DNA of 64,000 bases from Lama glama (lineage: Eukaryota). The translations under genes and the position numbers were made by a program. Shown one piece after another: positions 36,440 to 49,238 of the stretch. How positions within the stretch are numbered: the stretch's first letter is position 1; every line of letters starts with the position of its first letter. The notes under the pieces are model-generated. The model ran no database searches, was not told the DNA's origin, and saw only the letters and a program-made list of their open reading frames with translations. The DNA is taken from positions 95,544,001 through 95,608,000 of the forward strand of contig CM052817.1 of the NCBI GenBank assembly GCA_028534125.1. The letters run 5' to 3'.

Positions 36440-37513
36440 CTGTACCAGAGGGGCAATGAAGAGAAGCAGAGAGAGAAGAGTGATCTTCCTAATAGAAGCT
36501 ATCCAGTTGGACTCGGGACCCTCTGAAATCCAGGCCTTGACCCAGGTTTTCCTCCCACCAAAAGCCTTTGCGTTAGGAAATTCTTCCGCTTTCTGGGACG
36601 CCTCTGATGTGGTCACCGTGCCAAATGGACTAAGTTGGAGCACAATGTAACAATCCCATACATGCTCTAATGATGCTAATAGTCATAAAGCTAATGAAAA
36701 ATTACAGATTCCAGATGCTGCCCAACACCTAACTGATTCCTTTGGGCAAAGAGATGCGGGGCAGCCTTGCCAAGATATTAGCGGTGCTGGTGCACTGATA
36801 AACTTGAGCGCCCCGCACACCTGGTGAGCCCCTCTCTGGCTCTGCAAACCTTCCATGCAGGAATGGACGCACATCCAGGTGGCACTCGGAGCAGGAGCAA
36901 GCCCTGTCTGTGACCATCCTGGTAGAAGTCGCCCTCCTTGGAGACATTCCGTGCAAACACAGCTAGCAAGTTTCCTCCCATCTGGATAGCCCGTCTCTCG
37001 GGCAAGATTCAACAGCAAGTCTGAAACTTGGGATTTTACAGCAACCAAACCAAATATAGATTCATGGTTGACTATGGAAGAGAAACACAAAATTCCAGGT
37101 ACTAAAGGATAACACAGCCAAGGGAAAGCAGGCAATACTTCCAGGGCTATTTCCTCAGAGTTCTCAGGTTGATTTTTCCTTCAGATAATTCTCAGGAAGC
37201 AGCGAGGTTCTCAGTTAGGAAGCTGGGAGCTTCCCAGCCGCACAGACCTCACAGCTAATCACCCGGGAGCAGCCCTGCCACTCTCCGGGGCTCCGCCCCA
37301 CAGACCATCTCCCTTTTACTTAACTCTCTCAGGGCCACCCAGCCGGGAGAGGAGTCAGTGCAACACAGGGTTCAATCCAAGCAAAGCCAAATATGAAAAG
37401 GAAGGTCAGCACTGTGTCAGAGAAGAGATGCCTTGACATGTGTGCTCCAGCAGAGGGGCAGGGAGTGTTCGGGAAGGTCTGGGCAGCCCGGGTGGGCTCC
37501 GCTGGCGGCTCAC

Positions 37514-37685
37514 CTGTAATAATAAGGGTGCTTCTTCCCGTCACTGCCTTCAGAGGTGACGGCGCTCACGATGTCCTCGGTGTCCGTACTCACCAGCTTC
37601 ACCGAGTGGACGGTCAAGTGCTGGTTCAGGTTTGCACGGCACTTAGCAGCATAGGGGCACAAGTGGCATTTGTATTTTCTTTCCT
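37514..37685 (-). CDS. ZNF827: ZNF827 internal exon (172 bp), EERKYKCHLCPYAAKCRANLNQHLTVH...KHPYYY
   Basis: ccttctcccccAG|AG...TACAG|GTGAG; phase 1/2; contains a C2H2 finger. Not in the ORF track; translated by hand. Confidence 0.93.
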
Positions 37686-37897
37686 CTGGGGGAGAAGGAA
37701 CAGGAAAAAACCCAAACCATGCTCAGAAATGGAATCTCAACACCTTGCAAAAGACCACTTCAAGGTATCAAGGAGAGAGTTCGAAATCTCGTTTCAAATG
37801 GGGACAAAGGGAACACCTTGGAGTTGTAAACATTCGAAAAGTCTCTACTGGGCAGGTCACGCCTGTGTTAATACTTTCAAAGATAAAAGAAAGTCCC

Positions 37898-38029
37898 GGG
37901 GAGGGTATAGCTCAGTGGTAGAGTGCATGCCTAGCATGCACAAGGTCCTGGGTTCGATCCTCAGTACCTCCAATAAAAGTAAATAAATGAATAATCTTAA
38001 TTACTTTCCCACCAAAAAAAAAAAAAAAA
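37898..38029 (+). mobile_element. tRNA-derived SINE (vic-1-like), near intact
   Basis: ggggagggtatagctcagtggtagag...ggttcgatcc (A/B boxes), poly-A tail, TSD aaagtccc at 37890-37897 and 38027-38034. Confidence 0.9.
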
Positions 38030-39119
38030 GTCCCAGGGCAACTGGACCATCTGCTTTTCCCTGGATACCTACTGGTCCCTCTCTCCCTGGTAAGGTGAGC
38101 CCCACAGGGGGCTAAAAGAATATCGGGCTAAAAGAATATCATGTGTGCCTGCCCTCCTTCCCCCGTGTGTCGGTCCAGGATGGGTGCTGAGGTGGGGGGG
38201 AAGGGTTGTGACACAGCGTTCGCAGGATTGGTGTGTTTAAGAGAAATCTCATCATTTTCTCTAAGCTCCAGTCTGGGTTGGCCAGGAAACAAAAGAGAAT
38301 GAAACTAAGGGGGAAAAAAGGACTTGGATGAAATGATTTAACTGGAAATGTTCATGCTACAGAAATAAAACACAAAGTTTCAATTGATTTCTTAATAGAA
38401 GCCCCCCCCTTTTTTTTGTAAAATTGACAATGTTTCAGGACTGCTTCCAGAGTTGCATTCTGAATTCATTTGACTCATCAAGCAAATTAAAGTAAAAGGA
38501 GCAGGCTTTGCTCTCAGGTCCAGATAAAGGTAACAGATGATAACAGAGCAAGGAAAGAACAATTTCTGTTTCTGTCCTTAGTTCTTACTCTGCAATCCTG
38601 GGCTTGCCTTAAAGAAAATACCTGTCTTATCTCCTTCACAGGGAAGAGTGCAGAAAAAAATTTTCTGCAGCAAAATGTAAGGCATTGTTATTATAACAGG
38701 TGGTCCCCAACATCTGATGTGTCGGTGGCCCTGGGCTCAGCAGGGCTGGGAGGATCCCCTATCGTGCAGATAGACTAGAGCCTTTTCTTTAGAATTTCTG
38801 CACTTGTACTAATCAATGAGGTTGTTAAGTTTGGTATTAAGGTTACGATTTCTTTACAAAGTGAATCGTAGAGATTCCTAGCTTTTTCTGTCATTTGGAA
38901 AAGTTTAATACTATCAGAATTTTCTAGTCTCAAAAGGCTTTTTTAAAAGAACTAACCTGAGACAATTTCTGGACCTGATGCCTTTTTTTTGTAGTATTTC
39001 TTTCATCATCTTTCCAAGTCACCCTTTGGTAACTGATCTACTTAAGTTCCCCCCCCCTCCATCTTGGGCCAATTTTGGAAATTTTGCTTAAATTATCTAT
39101 GTCATCTAAAGCTTTCAAA

Positions 39120-39281
39120 ATATATGAAAACAAATATATGTATGTATATGCATGACTGGGACATTGTGCTGTACACCAGAAACTGACACATTGTAATTGA
39201 TTGTACTTCAATTAAAAAATAAATAAAATAAAATAAAATAAAATAAAATAAAATAAAATAAAATAAAATAAAATAAAATAA
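39120..39281 (+). mobile_element. Short L1 3' end with (TAAAA)n microsatellite tail
   Basis: 'tgtgctgtacaccagaaactgacacattgtaa...cttcaat' followed by (aaaat)n. Confidence 0.8.
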
Positions 39282-40484
39282 GTTTACAGCTTTTATTTTT
39301 TATTTTTTTTGCCATAGAGTTGCTCTATTCTCCAACAGTTCTTTAATGGCATCTGTATTGAGAATTAGGCTTCCTTTTTCATTGCCAATTTTGAATGTTT
39401 TGGCCTCCTTTTTCCTTCTTGGACTTAAAAGGATTTATCCATTTTATATTCTTCTTCCTAGATTTTGTTCTCTCACGAATTCTTTAAGATGGGTGGTAAG
39501 TTCCTTTATTTTTCTTTCTTCTCTTCTAATTATAACGTTCATATCTGTAAATGCTCCTTGCACAGAGCTGTGACTGCCTACTCCAGGGTGAGGTGTGAAG
39601 TGTTCTCCTTTCACTCCTCCTAGAGGTCTGCAATTTGCAATTTGATTTTCTTCCTTTTCTTTGATCCAATTAGATAGGACATTTTATGGACCCTTGGTTA
39701 TTTTATTTTATTATTATTACTCTGCATTTCATTAAGAACATTTTATTATTAAATTTATCATATGTTATGGCTTACCATTCTTGTGTTCCTGATTATTATG
39801 TAGACTGCAATTTTTTTGATGTTTAACATATTTTGCAGAACTGATGTGTTGATTTTCTTACAGCTGGCAGTGCCTCCCCACTATGTCATTTTGCACACTG
39901 ACTTGATATATTGGTATTACATGAAAGCTTTAATAAGCAGAAATGCACTTAATATAACAAATAAAATATGTATGTGTGTGTGTATATATATATATACAGA
40001 TATCATATTAAAAAAATTACTTATCCACACCTTTAATTTTCAGTACAGCTCCCTTTCTCTGCATGTCATATTATTTTCCCTTGAAACTTTCCAAGGGGGA
40101 AAAAAAATCTCATTAACAAATGCCTCCCTCACTTGCAAATATCAACATAGCTTCAGCTTGTTCCAATCAGATCTTTGGTTATTTTAAATTTCATTTAACT
40201 ACACTCAGAGAATGTGGCCTAAGGAGCTTCAACTTTTTTGAACATGTGAAAGTTTCCTCTGTGGCTAAGTATGTGACTAAATTCTGTCTTTAGTGGTTTA
40301 ATATTTAAGATTAAAGTATTAAAATATATATATACATAAAAAGAGAAAATTAATCTTGTTCTACGAATATTGCCTGTTGAGCCTTCTTCGTTATTTTGTG
40401 TGACATACAAAACTTTTATTTTCTTTACCATTTTGTTTTGTGTTTCCTGTAAATAAGACATATTTGAATTTATTTTCTCAAAAA

Positions 40485-40938
40485 ATTTTTTTAAATGGAA
40501 ACATAGTTGGTTTGCGATGTGTTAGTTTCAGGTACACAGCAAAGTGGTTCAGTTATACATACACATATGGATAAGAATATGAAGAAGGATGTGTGTGTGT
40601 ATATATATTTCAGATTCTTTTCCATTATAGGTTATTAGAAGATATTGAATATAGTTCCTGTGCTGCACAGTGGGCAGTTGCTCTTTATTTTTCATATAGT
40701 AGAGTATATGTATTAATCCCCAAATCCTAATTTATTCCTCCCTACCCTTTGCACTTTGGTCACCATAGGTTGTTTTCTATGTCTGTGAGTCTGTTTCTGG
40801 TTTATAAATAAGTTCACGTGTTTCATTTTTTTTTAGATTCCACCTGTAAGCGATATCATACGATACTCATCTTTCCCCGTCTGACTTCCTTCACTGGGTA
40901 CGATCATGTCTACGTCCATCCCTGTTGCTGCAGATGGC
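40485..40938 (-). mobile_element. L1 3' end fragment
   Basis: 'gatattgaatatagttcctgtgctg', 'ttctatgtctgtgagtctgtttc' and 'tccatccctgttgctgca'. Confidence 0.8.
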
Positions 40939-41569
40939 TGAGACACATTTGAATTTTTAACAAGTCTGTTGTGTAAAAACTGAAACACTTCATTTCCTTA
41001 TTTCCATCTTGCTTTTTGGTTACTACTGATTTGACCTAACTTCTTTTTGTTCTTGCTTATCCTTGCTGCATTGATTAAGTTCCTATTTATCCTTCCTTGA
41101 CTCCTTCTTAACTTGGCTGTCTTCCCTTCCCCAACACAGAACCAACCACGTGGCTCTACTGTTACACGAACATAAAGACAGTGACTGTTTCTCCACCAAG
41201 GTGCTCTTCCCCTCTCTGCTCCCCCTACCACAGTAAAATGAATCCAATAAGATGGGGTGCAGCCCCACCCCCGATGCCCACAAGATGGGAGCAATAAACT
41301 CCTTGGAGTTGTGGAATTTTACTGGAACGTACCCAAACGTGTATCTTTTCCCATCAGTCCTACTCGAACTCAATGGGTCTTTTCAATAACAATAAAAGAC
41401 CCCTTCCAGAGCCTTATTTGAACATGCCAAGGAAAATGGCTTAAGTAGATCAGGAGAAAAACATTTCTACCACTTCCTGTTATCATTCTCTTAGAGAAAC
41501 TCAGCTCGCTGGTAGTGGAGAGGCTGGCGATGGAGAGAGGGAAGGCCTGGCAGTGAGGCCCCGACTCAC

Positions 41570-41707
41570 CTGTGTGCAGGGAGAGATGCCGGGACAACGT
41601 CTGCTGTCGGCCGAACACTTTCCCACACACGTCACAGGGAAAAAGCTGGTCGTTGAATTTCCAGGATGGCAACCCATTTCCTGCCTCTAGGACTATCTTT
41701 TCTGTTT
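41570..41707 (-). CDS. ZNF827: ZNF827 internal exon (138 bp), ETEKIVLEAGNGLPSWKFNDQLFPCDVCGKVFGRQQTLSRHLSLHT
   Basis: tcttttggcccAG|AA...ACAG|GTGAG; phase 1/1; contains a C2H2 finger. Confidence 0.93.
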
Positions 41708-42271
41708 CTGGGCCAAAAGAACAAAAAGCATCATGAAAAATGAATAAGGCAACGTGAACAAATTTCAGTTCAGTCAACATTTAGGACTTCAGCAAAGGCT
41801 CCCTTCTGAACAATGACTGCAAACAAGACCAAGTAACCTCTGGGCTTCCTGCTCATTTCCCATCTCTATGAAGGCCATGCCTGAAAGTTGTGGATTCCCA
41901 TTTTAGTCAAGTCTCCAGTATTTTCTCTCCTTTCTCACTAACGCTCAGCCGACCCACCCCTCCAGCAGGTTGATAGCGTGGTTCAGCCCCGTGCCCAGTA
42001 TATAGCTGGTTCTCCATAAATATATGTTGAAGGAGTGATGGTTGAGCTGCACATTAAAGTTCCAGAAATGTAGACTCTGGCCACCAGACAGTAAATCAAG
42101 AAGAATGAAGCTCAGATTCCAATGCAAAAAGAAATGGTTCGATCTCTTGAAAGTAAATACACTCTCACTGCCTTTTATGAAAAAAGGTTTTGCCCTGTGT
42201 TCTGGGTTGTGAAAAATCCTTAATGAGCAACGTTCGTCACACAGACTCAGTGATGACGACAGCACGGGGCT

Positions 42272-42621
42272 TGCCATGGTCTGAATGTTTGTGTCCCCCC
42301 TTAAATTCCTATGTTGAAACCCTAAGACTCAAGGTGATGGTTTTTACAGGTATGGTCTCTGGGATGTGATTAGATCATGAAGGTAGACCCTCATGAATGG
42401 GATTAAAACCCTTAAAAAAGAGGCCCCACAGGGCTCCCTAGCCCCCCCTTGGCCATGTGAGGCCACAGCAAGGAGTAGGCTGTCTTGTCCCAGAAGGCGG
42501 CCCTCACCTGACCCGCTGGTATCCTGATCTAAGGTTTCCAGCATCCAGAACTGTGAGCAATATATTTTGTTGTTTATAAGCTACCCACACTGTGGTTATA
42601 GCAGCTTTTCAGGCTAAGACA
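42272..42621 (+). mobile_element. MaLR solo LTR (MLT1A/B-like)
   Basis: tgccatggtctgaatgtttgtgtcccc...ccagaactgtgag...gtttataagctaccc...ctaagaca. Confidence 0.75.
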
Positions 42622-44989
42622 CGGCTCCACATAAAACTCCTTAATACAAGAGTTACACAAGCAGAATTTCCCCAGTGGTCTCATCATATTTAGGAAAATG
42701 ATGACAGCCACAAGTCATCAATGGATGACTCGCAGCCATGAATGAAACAAGTGGACGTTAATACCTTCTCCTGCCGTCTGAAAAAGTTCTTATTTTCTCA
42801 TCATCATCCATTGGGTTACCTTTCATTTTCTCACCCATATTTCTTCTCACTGAGCTGTAATGGATTATATAAACATTCCTTCTACAGTAACACAAGGGGC
42901 GAGGTGACAGAGTACCAAAAGGAGAGAAGGGGCCACTTCTACGAGGACACTTGTCTGAGCCACTGATAGGCCTTTAGGCCTCACTCTGAAGAACAAGACA
43001 GATAATTCACTGAGCTAATATCTCGTCTTTTACTTCAGTAAATTGCTGTGAACGTTCTCACAGCACGGCAGTGCCTGATAGAGCCGGATGCCATGTGGCG
43101 GGAATCAGATGGTAGAAAGAACTTTTCAGAAGATCCAAGCCGAGGAAAGCACTCAGACCCACTGGGCAGAGACAACAGCAGAACAAAGACCTTGATTTCA
43201 CACGACTGGGCTAACACTGCTTCCCCAATACAAGTACAGGCTTCCACCTGCAGTTGGGTGAGTCGACTGGATTAATTTTCGTTTGAATTCAGATATCAAA
43301 GCCAGATAGTGTAATCTCAGGAAAGAAGAAACAAATACGACGTATGTATGTTTGGCGGGGGAAGGGGCAGGCACTGATGGTGAAATTGCAAAAATATTTG
43401 CTATGAGGCACCTGCCAGCAGTCCTAACACTGATAAGGCACATGTATTGATTTATCTGTGTTTGTTAAACGAAGCTCTTTGGGCCCGGAGAGAAGAGCTG
43501 GACTTACTAGTGTATGACTGTGTGACCACAGACCTCGGAAGGGGAAGGGGCGGGACTGTGGGGGAAGGAAGGAGGAAAGGGAGGTGCAGGGCTCTGAGAT
43601 GCCGAGGACAAGAACCATCCTCAGATGACCGTCCGTGAGTCCAAGCCGTGGGCACTTCCGCCTCACGGTGGTGAGAGGGCACTTCAGTCGTGCCTTTGAA
43701 GTGCGTAACCAAAACAGTGCTTCAAAGGAGGACAATAGTAACAGCTATGAGGAGAGATTAAGAGGATACAGGGTCTTCTGATACATTCACGACAAGAATG
43801 AACTGGGTCACGTGCCAAACAAGTCGATGCAATTAAACAGAAAAGAAGTCTCTGAATAATTCTTTCAAGTATGAGTCACACACTTGAGAAGTTGAAGCAT
43901 CGTGAAATGTTGAATTCCCTCTAAGGGCCTAAAAAACCATTAGGCTCATGAAGGCTGTGCTGCAGCCAAGCAGAAAGAACACCCTACGGCCACGGAGAGG
44001 TGGCTAGAGACACCAGGAGAGCATCCAGCCCCGGTCGGCCACCGCCCGGCTCCTGGCCCCCATGTCCGTCCAGGGCTCGGCTCCTCTCCCCGCTGGCTGT
44101 CTGCATTCACCCCGGAGTGAGGCAACCACAGGCAGCGGAGCCTCACCCCAGAACGCGACCTTGACACCCCAGCAGGGCGAAGAGAGGTATTTGCCCAAAC
44201 ATGTACTGAAGTAAAAGGCTTGCTCCTCTTTTCACGGAGCTGAAATGGAGCTCAGCGGACCCCATGTTCACCCACATTTCCTGGGAAGGGTGTCACCCAA
44301 AAGCCACAGGAGAAACCTTGGCATCTATCTGATTCCTCCCTCTCTCTCACTGTGTCTTTCAACACATCCAAGCAGTCACTGAGAGCTGTCTCTCTGGTTC
44401 TGGAGTGATACCTGAATGTGATCGATTCCCAGCAAGGCCAGGCTTTAGAAAGACCAGTGTCTGCCTTTTGGGAGCAGGACTGGCCCCTTCACCATAGAGA
44501 ATGGCCAGCCTGGACCACCAGCTCTCCAGGAGGCATTCCAAAGGTGAGCAGCACACTTGGTCTGCAGCTTTTGAGGATCAGAATTTCCCCAAAATATTTA
44601 GAACAATTCAAGTTGTAAACCGATTGATAAACGTTTATAAAAACTGACATGGAGGCCTGTATGAATCTCTCTGCATTAGCAGTAAGGACTGTCACCCCAC
44701 ATGAAGAAAACCACTGTGGGGACAGCGGTGTGTATCCCAGGATGTGCATTTTAAAGCTCTATTCATAGACACAGACACCGTGCTCCATCTCCAGCACGGG
44801 GAACTGAGTGAACTGGCCTGGCTACCTCTGTGGTCTATGCTACAGGTTTAAAGATACCATGATTTGATTTGTGTGCGTGTGTGGACAACAGTGTGAAAGC
44901 TAAAACTGACATATTTTCATGTCAAGTTTTTCTCTTCTTTAATTTTTGATAACTTTGGGGGAAAAAAGAAGACCTCAGAGATCTTTCTG

Positions 44990-45780
44990 GAACCCCACTG
45001 CCTTCACTGAGTCATTGTTCCTCACTGGGATTGTCACAGAAGCCTGCTAAATGGCCTCTCCAGTACCAGCCTCTCTCCATCTCAATAACCCTTCCTCCCA
45101 GATTCCAGAATGATCTTTCTGAGGCACAAATCAGGTCATCTCTCATCCTGTGTTCCAGCGGCCTCCCACGGCCATACTCCCGCACAAGGCTCCTGAGATC
45201 CTTCAATCTGGCTCCAACCACCTCTCACCTTCAGCTCCACACCTCACCTCCCACCACCCAAATGCTCAGCAGAGTGAGCGACTCACCTTTTCCAGAACTA
45301 GCTCGTCGCTTCTGGGCTGTCAATGCTTTTGAACCTACTATGCCTCCAACAGAAATCACTCCCCACCCCAGCGCTTCTTCCACACACAAACTCTGGCTCA
45401 TTTTCAAGTCCTATCTCAGACCGTATCTCCCCGGTAAAGCCTTCCCCAGTTCCCCAGGTCACGAGTCTCTCCCCCTTCTCTGTTCGGAGCACTTTCATGA
45501 ATACTCACTCTATTGCATCACTTTACCGGTTACATTTTTTGTTTGCATATCTTCTATATTCTATGTACCTTTTTAACACAGAGCATCTGCCAGTCCAACA
45601 GGCAGCAGTGTTCAATAATAACTAGGTTCACTGGCCTCCCCTCCCTATTAGAAGGTGAGTCATTGAGGGAGGGGGTTCTGCATGATTTACGCGTGAACCC
45701 TCACCATTAGCACATGCCTGATACACAGCAGGTGTGTAGTATACAGTTGCTGAGGAAACGAATGACCAAATGAAAGGACC
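44990..45780 (+). mobile_element. L2-like remnant
   Basis: 'ccagaatgatctttct...caaatc...tcatc', pyrimidine-rich body, and end 'cacatgcctgatacacagcagg...gttgctga..gaatga'. Confidence 0.55.
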
Positions 45781-46094
45781 CAAATGAGGCAGGGAATAAA
45801 GATTATTCTTACTTTATAGGGGGGAAAGACTGAGGCCTGGAAATAGCTTTTGTCAAGGCTAATGGCGAATTCAGGGTGAAAAATAAGGCTACTTGCTTTC
45901 CGAATGGTGTTTTAACTCAACCCAAGGACTGTGATTTAATGATTTTATTAGTGGAAATGTTTGCGATCTTGAGCCATATCCCCAAAGATTCTATGTCCCT
46001 ACTTCTTCCCAACAACAAGCCACAGGATTATTCTTTTCAAAACAAATTCTCTGGCAGACACTGTTTTTCAATTAAACCAACAGTCATCCTAAAC

Positions 46095-46650
46095 TTCCCC
46101 TCTTCCCTGTTTATTCCCACTGTAGAAGCAGCTGGGGTGGTCATGTGCTAAAATTCTGGCCAGTGAGAAGGCTTCTGCTTTCCTGATAAAGGGGAAGATA
46201 TGCACTATTATTTATAAAATAGATAAACAACAAGGACCTACTGTATAGCACAGGGAACCATATTCAATATTTTGTAATAAACCATAATGGAAAAAAATCT
46301 GAAAAAAAATGTGTAACTGAATCACTTTGCTGTATACCTGAAACTAACACAACACTGTAAATCAACTATACTTCAATTAAAAAAGAAAGAAAGATACATT
46401 TGATGTTGGCCCTTTCTCTCTTTTTCTTGCTTTGACAACAGAGGAAATGCCTGGGATTATGGCAGCCATTTTGTGCATATGAAGCCTGAGGATGAAAGCC
46501 AATCTGCTAAGGATGAAGAAAGGGAAAGATGGGAAAAGTCTGAGTCTTTGATGGCACCTTCCAGTAGCAGAAACCACCCACTCTGGACTTACTTGTTATG
46601 TAAGGAAACTAAACCCATTTGTTTTGGCTACTGTTAGCTGAGTCTTCCCT
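46095..46650 (+). mobile_element. Old MLT1 LTR interrupted by an L1 3' end (about 46200-46390)
   Basis: MLT1 motifs (ttctggccagtgaga; ggcagccattttg; ctctggactt..ttgttatg) flank an L1 tail; aagata is repeated on both sides of the L1. Confidence 0.65.
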
Positions 46651-49118
46651 TATGATATTCTTTACTGAAACTCCTCCCTCCCATGGTAACTCTTGGTCTT
46701 AAGACTTTGGGTGTTAGGTCTGGTCTTTGACAAGCTTTATTCCAAACTCTTGCATCTTGTGAAGAACTCTCCATATTGTCAACAGCAGTAAGTGTACAGC
46801 TGAGCACAATTCCGTCTTAATTATCTTTTGTTCTGCTAAAAAACAACTTTAAAAATTTTTCTTTTAGATTATTAAGGAATTTGCTTTTTAAAAATTTTTT
46901 ACTGAAACGTAACATGTAACAGAAAAACTCACATAACACTAATTGTTTTTAAATGAGCCCAAAGTCAGGAAAAATTTATACTTTAATGTAAGTTATACTT
47001 TACATATAAGAAATACTACAGGTATTATCATTTTTTTAAAAATTGCTCTTCTTCATCTTTGTTCCCATATCCCTTCTGTTTCATTATTTTAAGAAGCTGT
47101 GAATGATTGTCTTCATTTCTTTTATAGTGAAATAAAAATATTTGTTCAATGATTATATATATTTTTATACAGTGTCTCAGAGGATTTTGTCTCCTATAAT
47201 ACATTTGATTTCCCTTTACCCTCTTTTACTCTGATTCCTGAGATATCCATAAATTGTTCCCATAAATTCCTGGCTACTCAGTACTGTTTGATCAGATATT
47301 TCTCTCTCTCCTTTTTCACCCATGCTCATTGCTTTGAATGCCTTTTGGGTCTTTCCTTCTTCCTTAAATACATTTTTGTGTTTGCTTTAAGTGAAGTAAA
47401 CAGGTGCACGGGTGTGAGCATGTTTATCCCTTACAGCATAGTTGTAATAACAGGGTGTTTGGTGAGTCACCCCATCTTAGCAGTCCCAACACAAGGCTCT
47501 CAGTTTTCCTTTATGGTGAACTGAGGTCACTCATTCATAAAGGTAAGGCTGAATGACCAAGAGACAGTATGTCAATCCTCCTCTTCTGACCCAGTGACCC
47601 AAGCGGACAAGTCTCATTTCATGCACAGGCTCTGGGAAGAGGAAGCCCATCAAGTATTTCTCCAAAAATTTCCATGAAATAAACCCGCCTGGTAGCATTT
47701 GGGAGGGAGTTCTACATGACAGAATGTTGGGTCCAGCAGAGGACTTTGAATCCAGCTCTTATTCCCTTGAAGATGAAACAGAGCATTCAATTCCAGGACC
47801 TCTCCTATACCAGTGCACTCCACAACCCGTCCAGGGCTGAGTAACAGAATCAAGGTTCCCGGAGTAACCACAGCTCCATCCTGCCCTAAAGCTTAGTTCA
47901 GGGAGGAACCTTAAAGGTCATCCTGTTCAATGCCCTCTTCTTACATAGAAGGAAGCCGAGGCCCAGAGGACTGAAGTGATTGCCCAGGTACCCTGGCTAG
48001 TGACTCTGGGGAGAGCAGAGACCAGAGCCACAGTCTCACTGAAGCTCCTCCAAGCCATCTGGAATCACTGCCAAAGTCTACAACACACAAGGAAGGGTTT
48101 TTTTCTTTCTCCTCCTGTTTTTTGGCTCTGAGCTTAAATTCTTGGTTATAAGTGGACAAGTGCAGATTTAGCAACAATTCACAGACACTAGGATTTCTTT
48201 CCATCTCTCCTCTCGAAGGTGTCAGCCTAGAATATTTCCAGCCACAGAGAAGTTAGAAACTGCAATATGTCAAGAAGTAGAATAAAGATGGAACCGGAGG
48301 AAGATCAAATGGGAAAAATCTAAAAGCCAATCCCCACTGAGGTAAACCAGTTATTATTGAAGAAAGTTCCCTTGAGTCTTTCACTGACATTTGAGGGAAC
48401 ATTTTGTTAACAAGCAAACAAACAAATGACAATAACAACAAAAAACCCTCAGAGGGGCAAAGGAAAGGACTTCAGTGTGTTTCTTTTCAGTTTTAACATC
48501 ACTTAGCTTCCTGACTGGTGTATCATCTGGTTTTTGTTGGTGTGTTTTGTTGTGTGAGAAGATCCTGGCATCTCCTGCCAAAATAATCCTCTCAAAGAAT
48601 CATCTCTCAACCTGACTTTGGCAAGAGAAATGTGGAGAGAGAGAGAAGGCTTTATTTGGTTAAAGCTGTAAGCAAAAGATTGGCCAAAATGTGACCTCAA
48701 CACATAAATAACTGTCCAGATCAACTAAATCCACATCAGCTGCTCAATGGGGAAGAGGCTGTGGGGCACCTTGGGTTTTCCATGACGACAGATGGTATTT
48801 TGATGATTTCTCTCTTTCATCATCAAGCCTGGAGAGTTTCGAGGCGTATCTCCAGTGAAATTCTGAAACCATCTGCATTGAGGCTCAGTACTCTTAGACA
48901 GGTTAAAACCTATCTGGTCATTTCTAGGCAGGGCATGTGATTTTTTTGGTTAGTCCTCTCCCTACTGGCTCTATCCTTTGGTTTCACGGACTTAAGACAA
49001 GCTGCTGCCTTCTGAGGGCTGCTTGTGAATTAAGACATCAGCTGTGGTTTAGGACTCTTGGGGGGTTAATATCTTTCCTCTAGTGTTTGCAGTTCTATAT
49101 TCTTTACAAATTCTTTTT

Positions 49119-49238
49119 TGGTGGGAGGTATGTCTGTCTGTTTGTTTGTTTGTTTTTAGTGGAGGTTCTGAGGATTGAATCCAGGACCTTGTGCATGCTA
49201 GGCATGCCCTCTACCATTGAACTATACCCTTCTCCCCC
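49119..49238 (-). mobile_element. tRNA-derived SINE (vic-1-like)
   Basis: Reverse complement of the 37898 element; 13-bp TSD acaaattcttttt at 49106-49118 and 49239-49251. Confidence 0.85.

Noticed and set aside
37898..37972. tRNA-like sequence with A and B boxes
   Set aside because: Has a poly-A tail, TSD and three related copies, so it is a SINE, not a tRNA gene.
37393..37986. 197-aa plus-strand ORF
   Set aside because: Runs antisense through a ZNF827 exon and ends in a SINE; no independent coding signal.
45031..45576. 181-aa ORF
   Set aside because: Lies within an L2-like remnant; no domain or splice support.
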